DNA of 64,000 bases, taken from contig JAPLWQ010000002.1 of assembly GCA_026396515.1 (NCBI GenBank), positions 257,230 through 321,229 of the forward strand, written 5' to 3'. Both the position numbers and the translations under genes were made by a program. The notes beneath the pieces are model-generated. The model worked only from the letters and a program-made list of their open reading frames with translations, was not told the DNA's origin and made no database searches. The DNA is from Candidatus Magasanikiibacteriota bacterium (GTDB lineage Bacteria; Patescibacteriota; Patescibacteriia; Magasanikbacterales; GWA2-37-8). Shown here in pieces: positions 29,396 to 37,677 of this stretch. Every line of letters begins with the position of its first letter. Position 1 is the first letter of the stretch.

Positions 29396-29452
29396 TTGCT
29401 TGATTTTTAACGGTCTTAACAGTAAGATATAGAAACAAATCAAAATATTTCT

Positions 29453-30184
29453 ATGAGTGGTCATTCCAAGTGGCACAATATACAAGCACGCAAGGGGAAG
29501 CAGGATGCTTTGCGCAGTAATATGTTCACCAAAGCGGCGAAGGTTATTTCGGTTGCGGCCGGTAAGGGCGGCGGTGATCCGGTGATGAATTTTTCATTGC
29601 GTTTGGCCATTGAAAAGGCCAAGGCCGCCGGAATGCCGAAAGATAATATTGAGCGGGCAATCATGAAGGGCACGGGTGAATCCGGCGATGGTGTGCGGAT
29701 GGAGGAAATAATGTATGAGGGTTATGGACCGTCCGGAGTGGCTCTGCTAATTAAGACAGTGACTGACAATAAGAACCGCACCGTTCCAGATATCAAGCAT
29801 ATGTTGTCGGACAGCGGGGGTTCGCTCGGAAATTCCGGTTCGGTTTTATGGATGTTCAACCAGTTCGGTTGGGCGCAAATATCCGGCGAACAATTGGGCT
29901 CGATGAGCCGCGACGATTTTGAGCTTGCGATGATTGATGCCGGTGCCGAAGATATACAAAATGGCGAAGAAGGAATGGTTGATATAAAAACCAAGGTTGA
30001 GAATTTCAAGAAAGTTTTAGATAAATTGAATGAGCTGGGGATAGAACCAAAAGATTCCGGTTTGATCTGGGAGGCAAAAGATAAGGTAATCGCGAGTCCT
30101 GAACTGCAAACAAAATTGGAAAATTTGTTTGGCGAGTTTGAGGCGAATGACGATATCGAAGATTGGTATACCAATGCGGAGTGA
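29453..30184 (+). CDS. yebC: YebC/PmpR-family transcriptional regulator
   Basis: MSGHSKWHNIQARKGKQDA N-terminus and full-length family match. The yebC-ruvC synteny is conserved. Confidence 0.9.
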   Translation: MSGHSKWHNIQARKGKQDALRSNMFTKAAKVISVAAGKGGGDPVMNFSLRLAIEKAKAAGMPKDNIERAIMKGTGESGDGVRMEEIMYEGYGPSGVALLIKTVTDNKNRTVPDIKHMLSDSGGSLGNSGSVLWMFNQFGWAQISGEQLGSMSRDDFELAMIDAGAEDIQNGEEGMVDIKTKVENFKKVLDKLNELGIEPKDSGLIWEAKDKVIASPELQTKLENLFGEFEANDDIEDWYTNAE

Positions 30185-30345
30185 ATTTTTATGACTCACT
30201 CACCGAACATTTATTTCGGACACGGGTCAACTCATCTGCGGACTCGTTGCCCTAACGCTCGCGCCGGATATGACGCCGTCGCTCTGCGATTGTCCTCAAT
30301 AAAAATTCGGCTCGCTTGTCACGATTAGAAGACCTATAAATTTCT

Positions 30346-30843
30346 ATGAAAGAGATAATTATCGGAATTGACCCTGGCTATGGCCGAATTGGCTACGGCG
30401 TGATTATTAAAGACAGCGTGAAGGGATGGTTGCCGCGCGCTTATGGCTGTATTGAAACGCCGGTGAATGGAGTATTTGTGGAGAGAATTGCTGAACTGCA
30501 TTCGCAGCTGGTGCATCTTATCAAAAAATATAAACCGACGCGGATGGCAGTGGAAGATTTGTTTTTTTTCAAAAACGTCAAAACAGCCATTAAAGTTGGA
30601 CAGGCGAGAGGGGTGATTCTTTTGACAGCGGTGGAAAATAATTTGCCGGTGGATGAGTTCACCCCGCTTCAGGTTAAGCAGGCAATTACCGGCTATGGCA
30701 GAGCCGAAAAAGGGCAGATGCAAAAAATGGTTGCTGCGATACTAGGGCTTCCCGGGAAAATAAAATCGGACGATGCGGCCGACGCGCTCGCCGTCGCTCT
30801 CTGTGCAGGGCAGTCGCTTTGGAAAAAGAAATTACTCAAATAA
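30346..30843 (+). CDS. ruvC: Holliday junction resolvase RuvC
   Basis: IIGIDPGYGRIGYGVI RNase-H-like N-terminus; catalytic acidic residues present. Confidence 0.9.
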   Translation: MKEIIIGIDPGYGRIGYGVIIKDSVKGWLPRAYGCIETPVNGVFVERIAELHSQLVHLIKKYKPTRMAVEDLFFFKNVKTAIKVGQARGVILLTAVENNLPVDEFTPLQVKQAITGYGRAEKGQMQKMVAAILGLPGKIKSDDAADALAVALCAGQSLWKKKLLK

Positions 30844-30849
30844 ACTCTG

Positions 30850-30927
30850 CGGAGTATTTTATCTGCGCTTCGCTCGGAAAAAGCAAATAATGTTTTCTTT
30901 TTCTCTCACTCTGCTTGATAATAAAAA
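30850..30927 (+). repeat. Copy B of the ~80-nt intergenic repeat element
   Basis: About 80% identical to 2941-3020. It starts 7 nt after the ruvC stop and is followed by a terminator. Confidence 0.5.
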
Positions 30928-30955
30928 CATCCGCCAGTTGGCGGATGTTTTTTAA
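30924..30955. terminator. Bidirectional intrinsic terminator
   Basis: AAACATCCGCC-agtt-GGCGGATGTTT hairpin plus a T-tract, between ruvC and the convergent rubrerythrin gene. Confidence 0.6.
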
Positions 30956-30958
30956 TAT

Positions 30959-31534
30959 CTAGTAATTTTCCACAAACAGTTCGAAGAAAGCTTGCGGGTG
31001 CAGACAAGACGGACATTTGTCCGGCGCTCTTTCACCCTCGTGCAGATAGCCGCAGTTTTCACATTTCCACGTCATCTTTTCGCCGCGGACAAATACTTTT
31101 CCGTTTTCCAGATTACCGTATAGTTTTATATATCTTGCTTCGTGCGCTTTTTCTACCGTGGCGATAGCGCGGAATGTTTTGGCGATTTCCTCGAAACCTT
31201 CTTTTTCGGCGATGTCCGCAAATTCCGGATAAAGCTTGGTCCATTCCTCGTTTTCACCGGCTGCGGCTGCTTTCAAGTTTTCCAAAGTTGTTCCAATTCT
31301 TCCGGCCGGATAAGTGGCGACAATTTCCACCGGTCCACCTTCCAAGTATTTAAAAAACCTCTTAGCGTGTTCCTTTTCGTTGAGTGCAGTTTCAGTAAAC
31401 AGCGCACCAATTTGCTCCAGCTCGTCTTTTTTTGCCTGGCTGGCAAAATAATCGTAGCGCATGCGTGCTTGCGATTCGCCGGCAAACGCTTTGAGCAAAT
31501 TCTGCTCTGTTTTAGATCCTTTAAGTGTTGGCAT
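30959..31534 (-). CDS. Rubrerythrin
   Basis: Ferritin-like diiron domain (ExxH motifs) plus a C-terminal rubredoxin CxxC...CxxC. Confidence 0.85.
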   Translation of the reverse strand: MPTLKGSKTEQNLLKAFAGESQARMRYDYFASQAKKDELEQIGALFTETALNEKEHAKRFFKYLEGGPVEIVATYPAGRIGTTLENLKAAAAGENEEWTKLYPEFADIAEKEGFEEIAKTFRAIATVEKAHEARYIKLYGNLENGKVFVRGEKMTWKCENCGYLHEGERAPDKCPSCLHPQAFFELFVENY

Positions 31535-31546
31535 AATATTTAATAA

Positions 31547-32401
31547 TTAATTTTTTTCCGCTTTAATAAAAATATAGTCAATAACACCGTGTCGGTAGCC
31601 GTAACCCAGAAGCCACGAGATGAAGGAAAGGCCGACTCCAAGCGGAAGCCCTCTGGTCCTCACAGCGCGTAACATAGATTTCATCCGCGTGTTATACCTG
31701 GCAAATGCCGGAAAAACTTTGTCGCCAATGCGCAGACATTTTTCAACTTTAAAACCTGCCTGGTGCAATTGTTCGCAGTATTTATCCACGTTCACCCAGT
31801 TTGCCTTTGGCATGTGCCAGTGTTGCGAACCCAATTCAGTCATTTTTTTCACTAAATAGTTTTTGCCGGCGGCAACCGGATCAAAAGTGATATCAGTTAG
31901 CATTAACTTGCCCTTGTGTTTCAGCACGCGGTAGCATTCTTTAAAAAAGTCGGCCCGGGTATTAAAGTGAGCTGGCCCCTCAATGCCGACAATGTGGCTA
32001 AAAAATTCATTTTGATAGCCGGTCTGGCAGGCGTCTTTCTTTTCAAACTTCAACTTGTCTTCCAGATGTTTTTGTTCCGCCCGCTTTTTTGCAAAATCAA
32101 TGTGCGCTTGGGTGATATCTATACAGCGCATCTCTTTCGGTTTTATTGCATCAAAGAAACGGAACGACTCGGCGCTGTATCCGCAGGCAACGTCAAGTAC
32201 ATTTTCCGGATTTTCAATTTTTGCTTCTTCCAGAAAGAAATTTACCAGATTCTCCGCCGCATCAAAATACTCTTTTGTATCTTTGTCCCAATAGCCAAAA
32301 GAAAGATAACCGCCTGCTTCAAGAGCGCGGATTTTTGAACCGTGAGAATAAAATCGCTCCACTTTGTTTTCGTGAGTTATACTTTTCATGCCTTTCTGCA
32401 T
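31547..32401 (-). CDS. Class I SAM-dependent methyltransferase; small-molecule type, with no DPPY/NPPY motif
   Basis: VLDVACGYS motif I and an acidic motif II. Confidence 0.6.
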   Translation of the reverse strand: MQKGMKSITHENKVERFYSHGSKIRALEAGGYLSFGYWDKDTKEYFDAAENLVNFFLEEAKIENPENVLDVACGYSAESFRFFDAIKPKEMRCIDITQAHIDFAKKRAEQKHLEDKLKFEKKDACQTGYQNEFFSHIVGIEGPAHFNTRADFFKECYRVLKHKGKLMLTDITFDPVAAGKNYLVKKMTELGSQHWHMPKANWVNVDKYCEQLHQAGFKVEKCLRIGDKVFPAFARYNTRMKSMLRAVRTRGLPLGVGLSFISWLLGYGYRHGVIDYIFIKAEKN

Positions 32402-32522
32402 AATATTTTACACTCTGATTGTATCAAAAATGAGTGTATTAGGCAATTGTGACCGGAGGAGAAATTGTATTAAAGAAAGAAGCCGTCTTTTCTGAAGATA
32501 ATGGCGTCGAAGCTATGAAGTG

Positions 32523-33182
32523 CTATTTTTTCTTTTTTGTCGATTTTTTAGTCGAGATTTTTGCTTTTATCGGACTTTTTTTTGCTTCTTTAACCTCTTT
32601 TTTTTCTTGCACAACTTCTTTAATTTCTTTTTCTTTTGTTCCACCCGCCAAAGCATGCAAAATCTTGTCCAACTTGGTGTTTAACATTTCAAATTGTTGC
32701 TTGTAATTTGCCCCGCCTTTCTCACCGCTTCCGGTACCGCCAGCACTATTTTTTCCAAAACAAGCATCGCAAAAAACAGATTTGCCCGGCATCGGTTTGA
32801 AAGGTACCCGGCATTTTGTTCCGCATTTGGCGCAAACGGCTTCGTGCATCTGTTTATCATCAAATCTTGGACGGTCAAATTTATTGCCGCCAAAATTATC
32901 TCTTTTGCCTCCGCCTTGCTTCTCAAAACAGGCACTGCAAAAAACCGGCCTGTCTCCGGTAGGTCTAAAAGGAATTTCGCATTCTTTTCCGCAATCACTG
33001 CAGGTAGCTTTGTGCATTTGGGGTCTGCCGCCACCGAAACTACCTCTGTTTCCACCACCAAAACCGCCCCTGTTTCCACCGCCAAAAGACCTCCCGCCAA
33101 AGCCGAATTTCTTATTTCCGTCCGGTTTATTTCCTCGACTAAAAGTTCCCATATTTTTCAATAAATGAGTTATATTTACCAC
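32523..33182 (-). CDS. RGG-repeat protein with a tandem CxxC...CxxC zinc-ribbon (zf-trcl-like) and a poly-Lys tail; likely binds nucleic acid
   Basis: GFGGRSFGGGNRGGFGGGNRGSFGGG repeats. Two copies of C-x2-CGK-x-C-x-[IV]PF-x-P-x3-8-[PS]VFC-x2-CF, and KK-rich C-terminus. The start codon is uncertain. Confidence 0.55.
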   Translation of the reverse strand: MVNITHLLKNMGTFSRGNKPDGNKKFGFGGRSFGGGNRGGFGGGNRGSFGGGRPQMHKATCSDCGKECEIPFRPTGDRPVFCSACFEKQGGGKRDNFGGNKFDRPRFDDKQMHEAVCAKCGTKCRVPFKPMPGKSVFCDACFGKNSAGGTGSGEKGGANYKQQFEMLNTKLDKILHALAGGTKEKEIKEVVQEKKEVKEAKKSPIKAKISTKKSTKKKK

Positions 33183-33269
33183 AAATCACATCTTAGCATA
33201 ATTACGAGAAATAATCAATGGTTAAGCCTATTGATATATTATCCAAAATCTTTTACTGTACAAGGCACT

Positions 33270-33770
33270 ATGCGAGTTCCCATCCGTAAACCTGGTATTT
33301 ATACCCACTTAAAACCCGATCCGTTCATCACCCGGGAGCGTTTTGATGAACTTTCCCGTAAGCTGGAGAGGTTAAAAAAAGTTACTCGTCCGCCGGCTAT
33401 GGAAGAAGTTAAGCGTTTGTCTCTAACAGGTGACTATTCGGAAAATCACGCTTATCAACACGCCAAAGGACGTTTGCGCGGGATAAATCAGCGTATTCTG
33501 GATATTGAATATGAGTTGACGCGGGCGCAAATTATTGATATGAGCAAACATGGCAAAACAGTAGTTTTGGGCAGTATTGTGACAGTGGTAACCGGTGGGA
33601 AGGCCAAAATTTATCAAATTTTGGGCTCTACGCAAACCGATCCGACTAAAGGTGTAATTTCCCACAATTCTCCGCTTGGGGTCGCTCTAATGGGCCGGAG
33701 CGCAGGTGAGGAGGTAGAGGTAAAATTGAAAGATAAAACCGTAAAATACAAAATAACTAAAATCGAGTAA
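33270..33770 (+). CDS. greA: Transcription elongation factor GreA
   Basis: GDYSENHAYQHAKGR (GDLSENAEY-like) motif and a C-terminal FKBP-like domain. The track's start at 33165 is an over-extension; ATG at 33270. Confidence 0.85.
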   Translation: MRVPIRKPGIYTHLKPDPFITRERFDELSRKLERLKKVTRPPAMEEVKRLSLTGDYSENHAYQHAKGRLRGINQRILDIEYELTRAQIIDMSKHGKTVVLGSIVTVVTGGKAKIYQILGSTQTDPTKGVISHNSPLGVALMGRSAGEEVEVKLKDKTVKYKITKIE

Positions 33771-33775
33771 ACAAA

Positions 33776-33804
33776 AAGGCCGGATAGAAATCCCGCCTTT
33801 TTTG
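33776..33804 (+). terminator. Putative greA terminator
   Basis: GGCCGGA-tagaa-ATCCCGCC imperfect hairpin plus TTTTTTTG. Confidence 0.35.
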
Positions 33805-33862
33805 TTTACCGCGTTAAGAATTCATTTTTAAGCCGTATCAAAGCTTCTATCGTGGATAAAGA

Positions 33863-34402
33863 TTATTTATACCCAAAAGAAAGTTTGTTTAATACTTGCT
33901 GTGTTTCGAGTTTAGGATTTGTGATAACCCATTTGTAGAGGAGCGGAGAAACAAGAATAGAAAGAACTATGTTGCCGCCCAGATGATATAGGGTAAATGG
34001 AATTTGACCGGTAAATGTCGTCATGAATGGCTGGTGAAAAAGTAGCATTCCAATTCCTATGCCGGTAATTGCATCGTAAATTAGTGTTGCGATAATTGAA
34101 AATCCCACATAATGCCGTATTTTATTTTCTTTGTTTTTGAAATACAGGCCTGCAGAAATTCCTAACAATGCGTATGTGCCGGCGGTTACCAGTGACCATA
34201 TGCCAAGTGTTCCTGTTAGGATATCAAAGCTGAATATGGCTAATAAACAAAATATCATACCGGACAGCCAGCCCCATTTTTTTGAGAAAGGCATCATTGT
34301 CGACATTATCGGTTCAACATTTGGCGGGTGTGGTAGTAATCTCAAAGCGATTACTGTCAAAAGACCAATGGTATATTTTATGATGTTTTGTGGCATTTTC
34401 AT
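33863..34402 (-). CDS. ECF-transporter S-component-like membrane protein
   Basis: 5-6 TM; LRLLPHPPNVEPI-type N-terminal motif. Substrate unknown. Confidence 0.4.
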   Translation of the reverse strand: MKMPQNIIKYTIGLLTVIALRLLPHPPNVEPIMSTMMPFSKKWGWLSGMIFCLLAIFSFDILTGTLGIWSLVTAGTYALLGISAGLYFKNKENKIRHYVGFSIIATLIYDAITGIGIGMLLFHQPFMTTFTGQIPFTLYHLGGNIVLSILVSPLLYKWVITNPKLETQQVLNKLSFGYK

Positions 34403-34519
34403 ATTTTTAATTAAATTTTCGTTAGAATATTATTTATACTTCATTAACGGGAAAATTGCAACTTTACATCAGCTAATTGGATTTTATCACAAGTTGCTGT
34501 GAATGTGATTAAAAGAAAA

Positions 34520-35212
34520 TTATTTTCGCTCTTTCATTTGGCCGTCTAAGCCGCCATATGATATTTCCGGTAAGGTAATTGATGCAAAGCGTTGGTCTGC
34601 CTGTTTAGGGATTGGAGCGGTAATATCTTTCAATTTTGGACTGCCCGGCTTTGCCGGTTCTTGCCTGACTATCTGCATATGAACATCGCCACCGACAAAT
34701 CCAAGCGTAACATGAAAATCCTTTTTTGGTAGTCCGACCTTCGAGCGAAATTCTTGCAATGCTGGCATATCAAGGGCGATAAAAGCAGTTTTTTTAACTT
34801 TATCAACTTCCCGCATTTTATATTGCGATGAAGCCCCGTCGATAAAACCAATTCCCTTTACAATAACGCCATCACCTTTTTGGACTTGGGCGTTGATTTG
34901 CTGTAATTCGGCAAGAGTTGCATCATCAAGAGTGTTTAAAATCTTGCTCTCGGTTGGACCGATAATAGTTAAATGATAGCCGTCCGGTCGAGGTTGTAAA
35001 TCTGCGCCAGTTTCTTGTTTTATTGCTTCTAAGGCAGGCCCGAAATCAGCCTTGAGTTCCATTTCCAACGTTTGCATATTTGTTAGCCGTTCACGAGTGA
35101 GTTCGGAGTGTCCTTTATGTTCAGGCGCGGTTTTCTGCGTGTGTTTACACCCTATATGTATTGGTGTACCGCACACAGAACAACTGTTTATGACTTGTGT
35201 TTCTTTTGTCAT
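34520..35212 (-). CDS. 2H phosphoesterase superfamily protein (LigT-like) with an N-terminal zinc ribbon
   Basis: Two H-x-T-x motifs (YHLTI, FHVTLG); N-terminal CSVCG...C.H. Confidence 0.45.
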   Translation of the reverse strand: MTKETQVINSCSVCGTPIHIGCKHTQKTAPEHKGHSELTRERLTNMQTLEMELKADFGPALEAIKQETGADLQPRPDGYHLTIIGPTESKILNTLDDATLAELQQINAQVQKGDGVIVKGIGFIDGASSQYKMREVDKVKKTAFIALDMPALQEFRSKVGLPKKDFHVTLGFVGGDVHMQIVRQEPAKPGSPKLKDITAPIPKQADQRFASITLPEISYGGLDGQMKERK

Positions 35213-35217
35213 ATTAT

Positions 35218-35478
35218 CTATTTGGTGATAAATCTTTTGATCAATCTATGAGTGACAAAGCCTAATACTGCGCCGACAAGAACGCCCACGATTAATCCGA
35301 AATCACCACAAGATTCATAACCGCGCAGACCAAACATATTGCAGCAAAAACAATCACAGCTTTTTCCGGTTACATCACAATTATTACCGCCGTAACCTGC
35401 AAACCGGAGTAATCCTATTAATCCGAAGATTAAAGCGCCTGCGATTGCAGATAGCACTGGAAAAAAAATTCTTTTCAT
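35218..35478 (-). CDS. Small Cys-rich membrane protein (86 aa)
   Basis: TM-Cys-rich (CDVTGKSCDCFCCNMF)-TM topology. Confidence 0.35.
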   Translation of the reverse strand: MKRIFFPVLSAIAGALIFGLIGLLRFAGYGGNNCDVTGKSCDCFCCNMFGLRGYESCGDFGLIVGVLVGAVLGFVTHRLIKRFITK

Positions 35479-35619
35479 AGGGTTTTGGAGTTAAGACAAA
35501 TACATTGCTTAACTACCCTTATCATAACTTGTAGCCGAAATGGCCAAGATATGATAAAATTTTGAGTAAATTGGGGTTATATTCCAGGGGGATATAATGG
35601 ATTAAATATATCAAATTTT

Positions 35620-36165
35620 ATGGGGGAGGGCAACAAGTTGGATAATCTGGCTCGAGAGCTAATAATTCGTAATTATAGCCAAAAAACCGCAGGGACTCAC
35701 AATAAATATATGGAAAAATTTGTTTTAGTTCTACCTGATATTCGTAGCGCTCACAATGTGGGGGCCATGTTTCGGACCGCCGATGGCGCTGGCGTGGACA
35801 AGATTTTTTTGTGCGGATATACCGCCCGGCCGCCACATACGCAACTAGATAAAGTATCGCTCGGAGCGGAAAAATGGGTGTTATGGGAGTATCACAAACA
35901 GACCTGGCGTCTGCTTACTCAATTGCGCGAAAAGGGGTATAATATAGTGGCTTTGGAGCAAACCAAAAAAAGCATTGATTTATTCAAATGGAAACCAAAA
36001 TTTCCGCTGGCACTCGTAGTTGGAAATGAAAAAACCGGGGTGACCAAGGGATTGCTCAAATACTGTGACACAAGCGTAGTTATACCGATGAAAGGCCGTA
36101 AAACGAGCCTAAATGTGAGTGTGGCCGCGGGTGTTGCTACGTATTATATTGGACATCGTCTATAA
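35620..36165 (+). CDS. SpoU/TrmH-family RNA 2'-O-methyltransferase
   Basis: NVGAMFRTADGAGV motif 1 and LVVGNEKTGV motif 2. Start uncertain; ATG at 35710 is also possible. Confidence 0.7.
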   Translation: MGEGNKLDNLARELIIRNYSQKTAGTHNKYMEKFVLVLPDIRSAHNVGAMFRTADGAGVDKIFLCGYTARPPHTQLDKVSLGAEKWVLWEYHKQTWRLLTQLREKGYNIVALEQTKKSIDLFKWKPKFPLALVVGNEKTGVTKGLLKYCDTSVVIPMKGRKTSLNVSVAAGVATYYIGHRL

Positions 36166-36235
36166 ATAAATTATTCATCTATCCGATGGGATTGCCGCGT
36201 CGCGCCTCCGGCGCTCCTCGCAATGACAAAAAAAT

Positions 36236-36958
36236 ATGTCAAAACACACACTATCAATTTTTAGGATTTTGCTCGCCAACTTACCGCCGCTATTTCCGGC
36301 GGAGATTGCTGGAAAAATGAAAAGCGCTTTGGAGCAGCTGGAAAACAATCCGCAGGTGACTCTGGAGATGGTTGAAGATACAATGATAAAATTCGGCTAT
36401 GATCTGTGGCCATGGAACGAATCTTTCCGGGAGTTTTTAGGAGTAAATGAAGGCCGTTTGGGCGAACAATTTTTTCTTTCGCACATTGAGCCGGCGCTTG
36501 GGAGTCACTATATGAAATATAAGGAGTACGGGTTGTCATGGCGCGATTTGTATTCCGGCAGAGCGGCAGAATATTATAACAGCGATGAGCGCCAGGAATT
36601 GTCGCGGGCATTGGTTGAAACAAAAAATGATTTGATCAGATTTACTGACAGGGAGTTGGTCGGTTTGAATAAAGACAAGTATCTGGCTCGCGTGGCTGAA
36701 TTTAAAAAAATTATTGGCGAGATAAAGGCGCTGCTTGGTCATTTGCGCGATATGGCAAGCGAAGAGCAATATCACCCGATATTGGCCGATGAAATGCGGG
36801 GACGAGTGCGCAGTTTTGAAATGGGTATGTGTTTGCTAGGTCCGACTTTCAGTGTGGATGAGGTAATGCGCTCTGTAGAATTTTTTATTGACAGAAAAAT
36901 GCATTTGAATTTGATGCGGGGGATGGATAAACCGGCGCTGGCAAATGTTTACGAGTAA
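36236..36958 (+). CDS. Hypothetical protein (240 aa)
   Basis: Long ORF with native composition; no motif recognised. Confidence 0.45.
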   Translation: MSKHTLSIFRILLANLPPLFPAEIAGKMKSALEQLENNPQVTLEMVEDTMIKFGYDLWPWNESFREFLGVNEGRLGEQFFLSHIEPALGSHYMKYKEYGLSWRDLYSGRAAEYYNSDERQELSRALVETKNDLIRFTDRELVGLNKDKYLARVAEFKKIIGEIKALLGHLRDMASEEQYHPILADEMRGRVRSFEMGMCLLGPTFSVDEVMRSVEFFIDRKMHLNLMRGMDKPALANVYE

Positions 36959-36968
36959 AAGATTAGCT

Positions 36969-37484
36969 ATGAAGCAGATTTTGTTCATAATAGCCCACGA
37001 AGGATTCCAGCCGATTGAATATTACGCGGCAAAGGCGGTATTGGAGACGGGCGAGCAAAAAATATTGACAGCGAGTGATGGCGAAGGCGAAGCCAGCCCG
37101 GCCTATGATGGAGCGCCGGCCAAAATTGACGCTTCTGTCACCGACGCTAAGGCAGTTGATTATGACGGAGTGTTTGTGGTGGGAGGTCCGGGAGCCATCG
37201 ATCATTTGGACAATGAAAATGTTTACCGTTTGGTTCGGGAAGCGGCAGAGAATGGCTTACTATATGGCGCTATATGCATTGCCACGCGCATCTTGTCTCA
37301 TGCTGGGGTGTTGAAAGGCAAGAAAGCAACCGGTTGGGATGGAGACAATGAACTGGGAGGAATTATTGAGGCAGGCGGTGGCGAATACGTGCGTGAGCCG
37401 GTGGTTACGGACGGAAAGATGGTGACAGCGACCGGTCCGAAGGCGGCTGAAGAGTGGGGGAAAGCGATCTTGCGTCTTTGTTAG
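36969..37484 (+). CDS. DJ-1/PfpI-family protein
   Basis: Nucleophile elbow AICIA...H and a class-I glutamine-amidotransferase-like fold motif. ATG at 36969 preferred over 36945. Confidence 0.65.
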   Translation: MKQILFIIAHEGFQPIEYYAAKAVLETGEQKILTASDGEGEASPAYDGAPAKIDASVTDAKAVDYDGVFVVGGPGAIDHLDNENVYRLVREAAENGLLYGAICIATRILSHAGVLKGKKATGWDGDNELGGIIEAGGGEYVREPVVTDGKMVTATGPKAAEEWGKAILRLC

Positions 37485-37500
37485 ATATAAAAATAGGAGG

Positions 37501-37533
37501 GGCCGCCCCGCATTTTGCGGGACGGCCTTTTTG
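37501..37533 (+). terminator. Intrinsic terminator
   Basis: GGCCGCCCCGC-atttt-GCGGGACGGCC hairpin plus TTTTTG. Confidence 0.55.
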
Positions 37534-37677
37534 CATGTGCATAACTTCTTGATTTTGGTAAAAAATGCCCATTTTATGCCTATTTGCCCGCTGTTTCAAC
37601 TTTTGCTATAATACTATTCGCCCACTATATATAGTGTCTAAAAAATATTTTAATCCCCACATCTAGTATTTATACCT

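Noticed and set aside
33165-33269. 35-aa N-terminal extension of GreA in the ORF track
   Set aside because: GreA homologues start at MRVPIRKPGIY... (ATG 33270). The extension would overlap the divergent upstream gene's 5' region.
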